IMG/VR virus record: IMGVR_UViG_3300009426_000007 | Coordinates: 1-50,935 of that record | Strand: one strand, 5' to 3' | From: a virus | Lineage: Duplodnaviria > Caudoviricetes | Length of the DNA: 50,935 bases | Part shown: piece after piece, positions 35,537 to 45,734 of the stretch | Position numbering within the stretch: position 1 is the stretch's first letter | How the letters are laid out: each line of letters begins with the position of its first letter | Translations under genes and position numbers: made by a program | The notes under the pieces: model-generated | Database searches by the model: none | Seen by the model: only the letters and a program-made list of their open reading frames with translations | Told to the model about the DNA's origin: nothing

Positions 35537-36390
35537 TAATTATAGATTTTAGTGGTATCGCAATACCCCCAATAGTAATGGGTGCGGTAGCAGACGAGGA
35601 TGAAAATCTGCTCCGCCATTTCATCTTGAATAGCATACGCATGTATAGAAATAAATATCGTGTAAAATTTGGTGAGATTGTAATTGTAGCAGACGGCGGT
35701 GGAAACTGGCGGAAAAAGCTATATCCTGAATATAAGGCCAAGCGCGAGACCACTCGTCAAGAGCAGAAGATTGATTGGGACTTGGCATTTAAGAGTATTG
35801 GTAGCGTTCTGAATGGTCTTAAAACTAGTTTTCCTTATAAAGTTATCCATCAATGGGGATGTGAAGCAGATGACTCTATTGCTGAATTAGTCCACATGAC
35901 TCAGGAATTTGGTAGACATGAGGATATCAAAATTATCTCTGCCGATAAAGATTTCATTCAGCTTCAAAAATATAGCAATGTATCACAATATTCACCTATT
36001 ACTAAGAAAGATGTGACAGAGGCAGATCCGATTTGGTATCGTAAAGACCACTTTTTACGCGGGTGTAAGGGCGATGGTGTGCCTAATGTTTTATCCGATG
36101 ACCAACAAATAAAAGATGGCCGAAAGGCTACTATTCTGACTGCCAAGAAAAAGGCTATTCTAATGGAAGATCCTAAGGCCCTTGGAGAAGAGGTATTCAG
36201 AAATTATTGCCGGAATAAAACTATGATAGATTTGACAGAAGAACGACATTGCCCTAAATCTATACGCGAAGAAATCATAAATACCTTTGAATCACAGGAC
36301 CCGAGCGATCGTGGTAATATGGTTCTACCTTATCTAATCGACAACAACTGTCGATTATTAATAGAAAATGTACAGGAATTTACACAATAG
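35533..36390 (+). CDS. rnh: T4-type RNase H (5'-3' exonuclease)
   Basis: IIDFS, WRK..YPEYKAKR, EADD, ISADKDFIQLQ, G..GDGVPN. Confidence 0.93.
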   Translation: MIIIDFSGIAIPPIVMGAVADEDENLLRHFILNSIRMYRNKYRVKFGEIVIVADGGGNWRKKLYPEYKAKRETTRQEQKIDWDLAFKSIGSVLNGLKTSFPYKVIHQWGCEADDSIAELVHMTQEFGRHEDIKIISADKDFIQLQKYSNVSQYSPITKKDVTEADPIWYRKDHFLRGCKGDGVPNVLSDDQQIKDGRKATILTAKKKAILMEDPKALGEEVFRNYCRNKTMIDLTEERHCPKSIREEIINTFESQDPSDRGNMVLPYLIDNNCRLLIENVQEFTQ

Positions 36391-36399
36391 GAAATTAAT

Positions 36400-36816
36400 A
36401 TGGCAATAAAGAAATACGTATTTGAAGTGATCGAAGAAGCTGCTGCAGCACAGAAGACTGAAGACAAAGTAGCTATACTGAAGAAATTCGAAAATTGGGC
36501 ATTGAAGGATGTTCTCAAGGGGACTTTTGACCCTAAAATTCAATGGGAATTACCTGGCGGTAAAGCCCCGTTCACCGCGTCAGATCCTCATAATCATCCC
36601 TCTGATTTGGGCCGCGAGCATAAGAAATTCAAATATTTTGCAAAGGGTAATATCAGTAAAAATCTGACGCCCACAAAAAGAGAATCAATTTTCTTAGGTA
36701 TTCTGGAAGGTGTCCACCCTAAAGACGCCGAGCTATTGGTCAATATGATCAACAAGAAGAAAATCACAGGTTTAACTCCAAAAGTTATTAATACAGCCTT
36801 TCCAAATCTAATCTAG
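36400..36816 (+). CDS. conserved T4-like protein downstream of rnh
   Basis: FDP...LP.G..P...KRE..F..LEG.HP.DAE motif. Confidence 0.8.
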   Translation: MAIKKYVFEVIEEAAAAQKTEDKVAILKKFENWALKDVLKGTFDPKIQWELPGGKAPFTASDPHNHPSDLGREHKKFKYFAKGNISKNLTPTKRESIFLGILEGVHPKDAELLVNMINKKKITGLTPKVINTAFPNLI

Positions 36817-36915
36817 AATTGTCCTCTGTCCTAGGACGGGGACAGTAGTTGTAATGCGTAGGTGAGAATATTAACAAGGTAGCATAAGACTACCATAACA
36901 AGGAGAAAAACCTTT

Positions 36916-37077
36916 ATGTCTCATACGGTAAACATCCAGATCGAACGCCTATATCAGGACTTAGATAATATTGAAGACCACATCGATCGTTTAGAACGAC
37001 AGGGGAATATTTCATTATCTGACAAGGTTCGACAAAAAGGAGACTACCTACGTAAATACATAGAAAGGATTTCTTAA
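36916..37077 (+). CDS. small coiled-coil protein (53 aa)
   Basis: AAGGAG RBS; QIERLYQDLDNIEDHIDRLERQG. Confidence 0.65.
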   Translation: MSHTVNIQIERLYQDLDNIEDHIDRLERQGNISLSDKVRQKGDYLRKYIERIS

Positions 37078-37084
37078 CTAAACG

Positions 37085-37112
37085 GGTGGGGGCTTCGGCT
37101 CTCACCTTATTT
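37085..37112 (+). terminator. cUUCGg hairpin terminator
   Basis: GGTGGGGGC-TTCG-GCTCTCACC-TTATTT. Confidence 0.75.
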
Positions 37113-37125
37113 AAAGGATTTAATA

Positions 37126-37362
37126 ATGCCAACTTATACAGTTGAAAATACCAAAACTGGCGAAGTAGATACGCGCATCTGTTCATTTGATACGCTTCAA
37201 GCCGAGCTTAAAGGAAATCCCGATCTAATACATGTCATACAGGGGAATGCGTTTATTTCGAACCGTGATGGCGATCAGCTAAGAAAAGCTGGTAATGGAT
37301 GGAAAGATTTATTAGGCAGAATCAAAAAACATTCTGGCAAAAATAATACAATTAGGAATTAA
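37126..37362 (+). CDS. FmdB-like small protein
   Basis: MPTY...TGE...GWKDLL.RIK. Confidence 0.75.
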   Translation: MPTYTVENTKTGEVDTRICSFDTLQAELKGNPDLIHVIQGNAFISNRDGDQLRKAGNGWKDLLGRIKKHSGKNNTIRN

Positions 37363-37363
37363 T

Positions 37364-38128
37364 ATGAGTAAAAAGAAACGGTCTGATCAATACCGCGAGG
37401 CTTTGACCCCATCCCCTCGAAAAGCAAGAAACAACTCAGCACAGGTATATCCAGATGAAGTTGTAGAGTTCTCGCCATATACCCCAAATCAAGAATTAGC
37501 ACATAATGCTTGGCTCGAGGGTCAAAATCTTATCTTAACCGGTAGCGCCGGTACAGGTAAAACCTTTATGGCCCTTCATTTCGCTCTTACTGAAATGTTA
37601 GCCAATCCCCAAAAATATCATCACGTTCTTATCATTAGATCACTTGTTCCTACTCGTGACTCAGGTGCACTACCTGGAACTAAGGAGGAAAAGGAAGAGC
37701 CTTATACCCGAATTTATAAAAGCCTCTGTGATCAGATATTTGAAACCAAGAATGCTTATCCTAAACTAGAATCAGCTAATAAGTTGAGATTTGATACCAC
37801 ATCCTATATTAGGGGAGAAACCTTTGATAACTGTATCATCGTTGTAGATGAGATGCAAAATATGAATTTTCATGAATTGGATTCGGTCATCACGCGCGTG
37901 GGCGAAGACTGTAGAATTATCTTTGCGGGCGATTATAGACAGTCCGATTTCAGGTATAACGATGAGAAAAAAGGTATTAAGAAATTCATACAAATCATTG
38001 AGCAAATGCGCTTCTATGATGTTGTGAAATTTGAATGGAAAGACATTGTCAGATCTGACCAGGTACGTGACTATATTATGACAAAAGAATATATCGAAGA
38101 TGAAAGAGAGGAAAAATTCAATGACTAA
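37364..38128 (+). CDS. phoH: PhoH-family ATPase
   Basis: GSAGTGKT, LPGT..EK, YIRGETF, VDEMQN, TRVG, GDYRQSD. Confidence 0.95.
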   Translation: MSKKKRSDQYREALTPSPRKARNNSAQVYPDEVVEFSPYTPNQELAHNAWLEGQNLILTGSAGTGKTFMALHFALTEMLANPQKYHHVLIIRSLVPTRDSGALPGTKEEKEEPYTRIYKSLCDQIFETKNAYPKLESANKLRFDTTSYIRGETFDNCIIVVDEMQNMNFHELDSVITRVGEDCRIIFAGDYRQSDFRYNDEKKGIKKFIQIIEQMRFYDVVKFEWKDIVRSDQVRDYIMTKEYIEDEREEKFND

Positions 38129-38270
38129 ATTTGCTCGTTTTGACCCGAAAAACAAGAAAAGAAATAAGAAGAAAATTCTGGGTATGTTTAAGGACAAAAA
38201 GATCAAACTGGTAATATCTGACCTGAAGAAGCTTCGCGAAGAATCCCAAGTACTAGAAACTCATAAATAG
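38121..38270 (+). CDS. small basic protein (49 aa)
   Basis: MTKFARFDPKNKKRNKKK; contains a late-type ATAAATA at 38263. Confidence 0.55.
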   Translation: MTKFARFDPKNKKRNKKKILGMFKDKKIKLVISDLKKLREESQVLETHK

Positions 38271-38295
38271 TACAAATATCACTCTGGAGACACCA

Positions 38296-41200
38296 ATGAA
38301 GTCCTTTAAATCACTAAGATCCGATATCACCGAAAATAGCTTTTACGACATAAGCACCGGACAAGCAGATAAAGCTAAATTCGTTACCAATGAAAATCAG
38401 GTAATGACTGCTTTCTTCTATGCTTTTCTCGGCTGGGTGTCATTATTAGAAGTCGCTAAGAATAAAGATCGAGTGGTTAAATACTTCCGTGACGATCAAA
38501 AGCTAAGACTCGCAACCATCACAGATACCAATAACGATGTATCACTGATCATCAAAATCATGTCAGATCAGGGCATGTTTATCAATACTACCGTTCCCAA
38601 TGAGATAACCAGATTCCTTGTTAAAGCAAAAGCTGGACAAATTAAGAATGTGGATTTGGATGTTCTTAAGAAGTGGGTAGATGCTATTAAACCGCAAATG
38701 TGGATGAAAGCACAACCTAAACTTAGAAAAATGTGGGCTCAGTTAACTGATGGCACTCACACTATGGGCGAGTTCGCGTATGAACTAAGACAGAATGCAA
38801 AGCGTACCTCTTGGAAATCTTCCGAGTTTAATATGCTTTCAAAAGGTATTCAGATCGATCGATCAGCTGGTGCAACCGGTAAAGCAGCTCCAACCGCAGC
38901 TCCAACCGCAGCAGCTGCTACCCCAGCTGCAGCTCCAACCGCAGCCGCAGCTCCAACCGCAGCAGCTGCTACCCCAGCCGCAGCTCCAACCGTGCGGGGT
39001 TTACCTCCTAAATTGAATAAAAAACGGGAATGGCCGGGTACTGATGTTATAATGGACTACATTGAGAAGGGCGCTTCTGGACAAGATATTCTCGATATCT
39101 ATAAGAGTAATTATGTGCAAAGAACCCAGCTAACAGTCAAGATTGTTACAGAATTAAGGCTTAAAATCTCAGCCCATATCTCTAGTAACAAGAGACATAT
39201 AATGTATCATGCACCGGCAAATCGGATAAAAGTATATACCGAGGTCGTTAAGATTGTCGGTAGCACCCAATTGCAAGAGCGAGATTGGTGGTATATATCT
39301 CAAGGGTCTGAAAGGCCGAGAAGCACTCTGGAGGCTATTCAGTTTTATGCTAATATGGCAAAAGCCGGCGTGCAAGATCTTCTGCCCGGAAAGGTAGCGG
39401 CGGGAACGAATTGGCAATATTGGCCGCCGCGAATGGTGAATGTAATCGCCCGCGATATTGATTTGCAATTCGATAAAGATTATCCCAATCCCGACTCTGC
39501 TGGGTCTATTGCTGCAATTAAGGCTATTGGCGAACATTTAAAACCGTGGTTTGAACCTGCAATCTACGGTCCGTTTAAAACCGGAAGCAAATCGATCGGA
39601 CAGTCCGGCGGCTTAATAATGGGTATGATTACGGGTAAGAAAGACTTCTTGATCGACGCCCTCAACGCCGGGAGATATATAAAAACCGTTGATGGAAAGT
39701 ATTATTTAGATAATTTAGAAGCGATCAAAAAAAGAGCGTACGGCTTTCCCTCTTTTGAAATAGCGATCGCAAAAGCTTATTTAGATCTAGAAGAAATTTC
39801 AGAAGAAGCGCAAATCCACGCAGATCTGATAGCTCCGAATATAACTTTGAAACAGGCCCATTGGGCAACAGATTGGGCAACAGATATAAACTTCTTTTCA
39901 TCTATCGATCTAAAAGGGTTTGCAGACGATTTAGATCGCATGGAATTAGGTAGGTTGATCGAGCGTTTTCGCACCCTGGGTAAGCAGAATTTAGTAGGAT
40001 CGGGTATCGATATTTTAGATGCGTTCGGTCAGGCAATTGTTAGAAAGGTGAATTCGGGTAAAGACATATATACGAATTTTAAGCAAGCTAAATTCTGGGA
40101 GCCTTCTGATCAAAATAGCTGGAACGACTCCGGAAAGAATAAGGTAGGTACCTCTTATACCGGACAGAACAAAACAGTTGTAGTGTCAATGGTCAAGGGC
40201 ATACTGGATTCTTGGAAGAGACAGGAATTGCCTTTCTGGGAGGAAGACCGAGGTAAAAATACTGCTGCTTATTGGAGAGATGCTGAAAAGGTAGTCTTAG
40301 GTAAAAGTGACGATGCCTGGTGGGCTAATTATATGTATAATGCATATAAAACCCTATTGGGTATTTCAGACGAATCCACCATTAGACAAGCACAAGATTT
40401 CCTAGAAATGAAGCACTATGATGCAGAAAAATTCGGGTTTACGGATAAACAAATTGAAGAGTTGGCAAGTATTATTCTCGCTAATGCAATTGCAGGTAAG
40501 AATGAAAAGTTTGTCCAGTATAGTTGGGGTGCAGATGCACCATATAGCGTTTTTGGACCTATGCTTCCTTATAGTAAACAGAGCACCACGAATAAGAAGT
40601 TAATGGATAAACTGATCGAGATGGGGAAACTCCGTGGTTCAAACGCCATGATGCACCATTTGGATTTGCCATATTTTATGGAGCTCGATAAAAAGGGTAT
40701 CGAAGACCTTGCAAGGATTTGGTGGGATAATTCGCCGAATCGATCAACACTGCCGGCCGATTGGGACCCGGATCCTAAGAAAGCTATTCCTGTTCCATAT
40801 GAAGCTATTCATAAAATGATGGCAGGGTTTGCAGGCACTACCTACATCGGAGAAGCTGAGAAAACAAAGATCATTGATCGATTCTTGAAACTGTTCAAGG
40901 ATAAAATTGATACTCCTGCTTTATACAATCTTGTGAAAACTGCGCCGTATGACTCTAGGCATGCCTCAATTACCAATTTTAACTCGCTAGCGCTTTCTGA
41001 TAATATATCCGAAGGTCAATTTAAAGCAATCCTGAATGCGCCTAAAACTGTTCTAAGCAGAGCAGACTTTGCTGCGGATGTGATGACGAAATTAAAGCCT
41101 GTAGAAGATGAAGACGGCGAAGATATCCCGATGACAGAAAGACAGATGAAGCTGATAGAGCATCTTTTTGAGAAGATGGACGACCCTGCCCATATTAATA

Positions 41201-42474
41201 AACTTAGAAGAGAATATCAAGAATTTATGACCGAGGGTCAAATCACTTGGATGAAGATGGTGGGGAGTAATAGAAATAGGGCAGAAAAACTTTATTTGAA
41301 AGCTTCTAAGTCTATGAGAAAAAGACTAGCGGGCGCTTACCTTAACAACCAAGAATTTGCTTCTACAGCGGCTGCTGCATTAACTGCTCCGGCGAGCCCT
41401 ATTAAACCATATACAACCTTAGACAAAAAACGCGTACGAGATATTTTGAAATACAATAACGTGGTTAGTGAAGACTCTAAATTGAGTGATAAAATTTTGC
41501 ACAATTTCAATACTATGGATATGCACGTGCGCAAGTCCGGTGTTAAAAAGCCACTTGAAGATCTTCAAATTACAGAGAACGATTTGAAGCCTGATGAGCT
41601 AAACGCACTAACTGCTAATTTGCATACTACCAGAAGATCTAACAACCACGGGAGAAACGGTCTCAAGATCCTTAGGTCATTTAATGTTAACATCCCTCTT
41701 CAGGAAAAATCCCAAACGGACTGGATTAACGCAAATCCGAACCAAGAAATTATCAACCCAATGTTTCACGGAACAGGTTCAATCGCAGCATCAATGATCT
41801 TGCGATACGGCTTCCGAGTCATTAGTGCAGGTGATTCCTCGATCACAGGTCGGATGTTAGGTAACGGCGTTTACGGGGCTATTCATATGGACAAATCCCA
41901 ACAATATGTAGGGGATAATGGATACGGTAGATCTGTTGGCACCAAAGGATATATCTTTGTATGTAATGCAGCGCTAGGACAAAAAGGTAAAGATTATAGA
42001 GCCTCAGGAGTAGGTGGCAGCGGTTATCAAACTCAATCGCCAGAATGGTGTGTCTTTACCCCGAATTCGCAATTCAAAATTGTGAAAGCTTATGAAGTCG
42101 AACTTGTTGAAGAAACGACTATAAATTCTATTGTTGCCGATGTTAGAAGAAAAGGCAAAGGGGTTAATGAAGGAAAATTGAAGAACTTTAGAAAGTTCTT
42201 AGGAGAGGAAATTAAAAAAGAAACTATGAAAAACGTGACAAATTACATTTTCATTAATGGTTATATTCCCGTTAATGAACATGATACTGTAGACTTCGAG
42301 GACTTTACTCCTCCAAATACTAATGTAAGTCTAGAGCCTTCAGCTTACGGGCCATCAGTGGTAGTAACTGGAACTAAAGAAAGTGCGACTCATATATTCA
42401 CTAGTGCGGCAGATTTTAGACAAAATCATCCGAAGGAATTTGAAGAATATGTTACACACCTCAAAGAGGACTAA
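38296..42474 (+). CDS. large protein with capsid-targeting-like leader and C-terminal PARP-type (H-Y-E) ADP-ribosyltransferase domain
   Basis: MKSFKSLRSDITE leader; MFHGT (H1158), TGRMLGNGVY (Y1193), DKSQQY, IFVCNAALG, PEWCVF (E1250). Confidence 0.85.
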   Translation: MKSFKSLRSDITENSFYDISTGQADKAKFVTNENQVMTAFFYAFLGWVSLLEVAKNKDRVVKYFRDDQKLRLATITDTNNDVSLIIKIMSDQGMFINTTVPNEITRFLVKAKAGQIKNVDLDVLKKWVDAIKPQMWMKAQPKLRKMWAQLTDGTHTMGEFAYELRQNAKRTSWKSSEFNMLSKGIQIDRSAGATGKAAPTAAPTAAAATPAAAPTAAAAPTAAAATPAAAPTVRGLPPKLNKKREWPGTDVIMDYIEKGASGQDILDIYKSNYVQRTQLTVKIVTELRLKISAHISSNKRHIMYHAPANRIKVYTEVVKIVGSTQLQERDWWYISQGSERPRSTLEAIQFYANMAKAGVQDLLPGKVAAGTNWQYWPPRMVNVIARDIDLQFDKDYPNPDSAGSIAAIKAIGEHLKPWFEPAIYGPFKTGSKSIGQSGGLIMGMITGKKDFLIDALNAGRYIKTVDGKYYLDNLEAIKKRAYGFPSFEIAIAKAYLDLEEISEEAQIHADLIAPNITLKQAHWATDWATDINFFSSIDLKGFADDLDRMELGRLIERFRTLGKQNLVGSGIDILDAFGQAIVRKVNSGKDIYTNFKQAKFWEPSDQNSWNDSGKNKVGTSYTGQNKTVVVSMVKGILDSWKRQELPFWEEDRGKNTAAYWRDAEKVVLGKSDDAWWANYMYNAYKTLLGISDESTIRQAQDFLEMKHYDAEKFGFTDKQIEELASIILANAIAGKNEKFVQYSWGADAPYSVFGPMLPYSKQSTTNKKLMDKLIEMGKLRGSNAMMHHLDLPYFMELDKKGIEDLARIWWDNSPNRSTLPADWDPDPKKAIPVPYEAIHKMMAGFAGTTYIGEAEKTKIIDRFLKLFKDKIDTPALYNLVKTAPYDSRHASITNFNSLALSDNISEGQFKAILNAPKTVLSRADFAADVMTKLKPVEDEDGEDIPMTERQMKLIEHLFEKMDDPAHINKLRREYQEFMTEGQITWMKMVGSNRNRAEKLYLKASKSMRKRLAGAYLNNQEFASTAAAALTAPASPIKPYTTLDKKRVRDILKYNNVVSEDSKLSDKILHNFNTMDMHVRKSGVKKPLEDLQITENDLKPDELNALTANLHTTRRSNNHGRNGLKILRSFNVNIPLQEKSQTDWINANPNQEIINPMFHGTGSIAASMILRYGFRVISAGDSSITGRMLGNGVYGAIHMDKSQQYVGDNGYGRSVGTKGYIFVCNAALGQKGKDYRASGVGGSGYQTQSPEWCVFTPNSQFKIVKAYEVELVEETTINSIVADVRRKGKGVNEGKLKNFRKFLGEEIKKETMKNVTNYIFINGYIPVNEHDTVDFEDFTPPNTNVSLEPSAYGPSVVVTGTKESATHIFTSAADFRQNHPKEFEEYVTHLKED
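38884..38991 (+). repeat. Ala/Pro/Thr linker tandem repeat
   Basis: GCAGCTCCAACC units encoding AAPT/AAATP. Confidence 0.9.
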
Positions 42475-42499
42475 TATTTAAATACAATTAATTTGAATT

Positions 42500-42534
42500 A
42501 GGGGGTTTACATACCCCCTTTTTTGCGATATAAT
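42500..42534 (+). promoter_or_regulatory. promoter/terminator cassette
   Basis: AGGGGGT-TTACAT-ACCCCCT-T tract; TATAAT 42529. Confidence 0.85.
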
Positions 42535-42558
42535 AGTCCTATAAAAAGGAGATATATT

Positions 42559-43152
42559 ATGAAATACGACAATGTGATACTTACCGATTGTGACGGGGTC
42601 CTTATGAATTGGGAATATGCCTTCACGGTCTGGATGAAACAAAGAGGGTATACCCTTAAAACCGATGTTTCTGATTATGATATGGGGCTAAGATATGATA
42701 TGTCCCCAAATAGTATAAGGACATTAATCAAATTATTCAATCAATCGGCTGCAATAGGATTTCTTCCTCCGCACAGAGACGCTATGTATTATGTGGATTT
42801 ACTCCATCGTAAACATGGATATGTATTTCATATGATCACATCACTATCAAAGGATATTAATGCTCAAAATCTTCGGATTCAGAATACCAAAAAACTATTT
42901 GGTGAAACGGCTTTTGAACGGTTTCTCTTCCTTGATACTGGTGCAGATAAAACTGAGGTATTAGCTAATTATAAAGACTCCGGTTGTTATTGGATAGAAG
43001 ATATCCCTACAAATGTAGAGATCGGGCAAAAAATGGGTCTTGAAGGTATTATGATGGAACATGGTCATAATATGGATTATCTATCTCATGATGAAGATAT
43101 CCCGATCTTTAAGAATTGGGAAGAAATTTACAATCATATTATCGGAGACTAA
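42559..43152 (+). CDS. HAD 5'-nucleotidase-like protein (T4 30.2-like)
   Basis: AAGGAG RBS; LTDCDGVL, ITS, K, WIED. Confidence 0.82.
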   Translation: MKYDNVILTDCDGVLMNWEYAFTVWMKQRGYTLKTDVSDYDMGLRYDMSPNSIRTLIKLFNQSAAIGFLPPHRDAMYYVDLLHRKHGYVFHMITSLSKDINAQNLRIQNTKKLFGETAFERFLFLDTGADKTEVLANYKDSGCYWIEDIPTNVEIGQKMGLEGIMMEHGHNMDYLSHDEDIPIFKNWEEIYNHIIGD

Positions 43153-43155
43153 TAT

Positions 43156-43371
43156 ATGATAAGAAAAGAAGAAAATCTGTTCAAGGTTATTTCACTTAGA
43201 ACCGAGTGGGAGAACCTTGTCCAGAATTTTGCTGGTGTAAGTAATGAAGGTACTATGACTAATGTCCGGAAATTCCTTAAAAGGCCGGTGACACATCATA
43301 GATTTAATAGCCCCCGATATCAAAAAGCCTTGGCACTCGCGAGAGAAATGGTAGCACTATGCAAAAATTAA
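43156..43371 (+). CDS. hypothetical protein
   Basis: 71-aa packed ORF. Confidence 0.65.
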   Translation: MIRKEENLFKVISLRTEWENLVQNFAGVSNEGTMTNVRKFLKRPVTHHRFNSPRYQKALALAREMVALCKN

Positions 43372-44141
43372 TATATCAAGTGAAATTAGGTAATTCTAAG
43401 TTGTATGATACTTGTTGCAAATCCGTAAGGGATTATGCTAATAAGATCGGCGCGACCTATATAAGACAAACAGAACCTATCCTAAACATCAAGCCCGATC
43501 CAGGTAATACCAATCGATCATTAGAATGTCAGATGCGCGAAGTACCTCTTCCTATTTTTGAAAAGGAAAATGCTTTCGATTATCGCGATCGTTTTGATCA
43601 AATCTGTGTCATTGATGCTGATGTTTATATCCGGCCTAATGCAGAATATGATATCTTTGAAGATTTTGGTACCGAGCATGCATTCGGTGCTGTGGTAGAG
43701 AGAGAAATGCCTATCACTCAAATCTATATGGATAAAATCAAGAATTATTCCAGAATGCAATACGGGCAATGGCCAGATCTATTCCCAATTGACTTTGCTA
43801 CCGGGAGTGAGTTTATGAATATGGGCGTCATGATTTTCAATAGTAAGTTGCTTGATTCCTATTTAGGGACCGAGAGTGCTAAAGAGTTCCTCGGGCGTTC
43901 TGACTTTAAAAAGTTTGTCGACGGTGTTGGTCCCTTCAAATGGAGCACGGATCAGACACTCTTGAATTGGTGGATTAAAGATACTGGAATGTCTTATAAG
44001 AAGATGCATTGGAAATATAATGGTCTTTATACCGCTAATACCAAGATAAACGAATGTCAATTTGTCCACTTCTTCCTTAAGGATAAACTACCTAATCGTG
44101 GAGAGAATGTCGATCAGCTATTGAAAGACATTATGTCATGA
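43359..44141 (+). CDS. GT-A glycosyltransferase (GT8/GT34-like)
   Basis: IDAD, NMGVM, DQTLLN, YN, FVHF. Confidence 0.85.
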   Translation: MQKLIYQVKLGNSKLYDTCCKSVRDYANKIGATYIRQTEPILNIKPDPGNTNRSLECQMREVPLPIFEKENAFDYRDRFDQICVIDADVYIRPNAEYDIFEDFGTEHAFGAVVEREMPITQIYMDKIKNYSRMQYGQWPDLFPIDFATGSEFMNMGVMIFNSKLLDSYLGTESAKEFLGRSDFKKFVDGVGPFKWSTDQTLLNWWIKDTGMSYKKMHWKYNGLYTANTKINECQFVHFFLKDKLPNRGENVDQLLKDIMS

Positions 44142-44178
44142 GTTTTAAAAATAATAGGATATTAGATTAGAATAGGGG

Positions 44179-44207
44179 TTTACAATTGATTAGTATTATG
44201 ATATAAT
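44179..44207 (+). promoter_or_regulatory. early promoter
   Basis: TTTACA-N17-TATAAT. Confidence 0.8.
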
Positions 44208-44228
44208 AGTATTATAAAGGAGAACATC

Positions 44229-44408
44229 ATGTATATTATTATCAAAAATAAGTCATCCATTCATAAAACTTCTGAATGGAATTCGTCATGGGGATTCTCA
44301 GGTATTGCTTATAGATTTAAAGACCAATATGAGAATAAAGAAGAAGCTGATGTTCTTCAAAGATGTTTAGAAGCTTGGTCCCCGGGCTGGAGGGTGGTTC
44401 CAGTATAA
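44229..44408 (+). CDS. hypothetical protein (59 aa)
   Basis: AAGGAG RBS; translated by hand MYIIIKNK...WRVVPV. Confidence 0.6.
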   Translation: MYIIIKNKSSIHKTSEWNSSWGFSGIAYRFKDQYENKEEADVLQRCLEAWSPGWRVVPV

Positions 44409-44587
44409 TGATGCATTGGGCAATAAAAATTCGCGAGATTGCATGGGATACGTATCCGAAATATGATATTATCAAGACAATATCGGATGAAGTGTATAAT
44501 AGTACCGAGCGCCCGGTCAAAAATATGTCATCTGCATCTACGATAATCTCGTCCCTCCAGAGCGCAGTTAATAGGATTTTATCATGA
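44408..44587 (+). CDS. hypothetical protein
   Basis: TAATG coupling to the previous gene. Confidence 0.5.
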   Translation: MMHWAIKIREIAWDTYPKYDIIKTISDEVYNSTERPVKNMSSASTIISSLQSAVNRILS

Positions 44588-44784
44588 CAAAAAATAGTGA
44601 TTCACCTTGGAGAAATTTTCCTCCCCCTGAAGAAGAAGTCGAAATTCTAAAAGAGATGATGGAAGATATAAAAAAGAAAAATAAAGAATTTTTGAAATAT
44701 TGTGATGAAGTTCTCGGTCTTCGATCCCAGAATATGATGAGTTATAAACTTGGAGAGGATAGTGATAAACCTAAAGATATTTAA
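44584..44784 (+). CDS. hypothetical protein
   Basis: ATGA coupling. Confidence 0.55.
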   Translation: MTKNSDSPWRNFPPPEEEVEILKEMMEDIKKKNKEFLKYCDEVLGLRSQNMMSYKLGEDSDKPKDI

Positions 44785-44980
44785 AGATATAAATGTTCTA
44801 TATGTTCATTGTGAAACCCCCGCCGAAGGTGCTATATATAACTATGGAGCACCAGATCATAAGGCTTATATGGATTTCTTTAAATCGAAGTGATTTACAC
44901 ATTCAAAAATTGTAAAAGGCCATATAAAACGTGATGATGTAGTTTTGCAACACGATATAGTTTTTCAAAGAATCTGTTAG
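44762..44980 (+). pseudogene. FkbM-like methyltransferase C-terminal remnant with an in-frame TGA
   Basis: ..YVHCETPAEGAIYNYGAPDHKAYMDFFKSK*FTHSKIVKGHIKRDDVVLQHDIVFQRIC; TGA at 44891. Confidence 0.5.
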
Positions 44981-44990
44981 AGGATTAATC

Positions 44991-45734
44991 ATGACTACTT
45001 TATGGAATAGAATGCTTATAGATATTGAAAGAGAATTGGATGAACATCCAAAGGATTTCTTAAGACAACCCATAATATCCAAAACGACTTGCCCGTATAT
45101 GCCTAGATTGGCAGCTTTATATCATGCAGGGTTTGATGCGGCGGATGTAGAAAAGGTAAAGGATCCTCAGTTCGGCAATCCTAAGATTTCTTACAATGGA
45201 TTCACCTTAAGCACTTTGCAGCAATATTATTATTTAGATCTAATCCTTAAAAGAGACGATAATTTAAGTGAATGGAACCTGATCACTGATATAGGCGGTG
45301 GATATGGTAATATGTGTAGAATAGCCCATCGTCTAGGATTTCAGGGGAAATATGAAATTTATGATTTTCCTATTATGCACAAGTTGCAAAGAGCCTATTT
45401 TGAAAATCATCCAGGATATTATTTCGAGACTGGATTTAATAGCTGGAAAGTACACCAAGAATTGCTACAGAATATACAACCATGTGACACAAAAAAGTCA
45501 ATCATGATCGCTACTCACTCTTTGAATGAAATGCCATTAAAAGATAGAGAGAAGGTAATATCCGGTCTAGGACATGATAGATTTATATTCGTTTATAATA
45601 CACAATTTGACGGTATTAATAATATTAAGTGGTTTGCAGATCTCGCCAAGCAATTAGATGATAGATATGACATAGTTGACATTGGCTGTGTGACGAATAC
45701 AAGAGCTAGAGTTATGTTAGGGACTAAAAAATGA
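44991..45734 (+). CDS. putative sugar O-methyltransferase
   Basis: DIGGGYGNMCR, YDFP, ATHSLNEMP. Confidence 0.8.
   Translation: MTTLWNRMLIDIERELDEHPKDFLRQPIISKTTCPYMPRLAALYHAGFDAADVEKVKDPQFGNPKISYNGFTLSTLQQYYYLDLILKRDDNLSEWNLITDIGGGYGNMCRIAHRLGFQGKYEIYDFPIMHKLQRAYFENHPGYYFETGFNSWKVHQELLQNIQPCDTKKSIMIATHSLNEMPLKDREKVISGLGHDRFIFVYNTQFDGINNIKWFADLAKQLDDRYDIVDIGCVTNTRARVMLGTKK

Noticed and set aside
35236-35753. Two - strand ORFs with repetitive translations
   Set aside because: Antisense shadows of the 12-nt repeat that overlap rnh; the + frame is translationally coupled to rnh.
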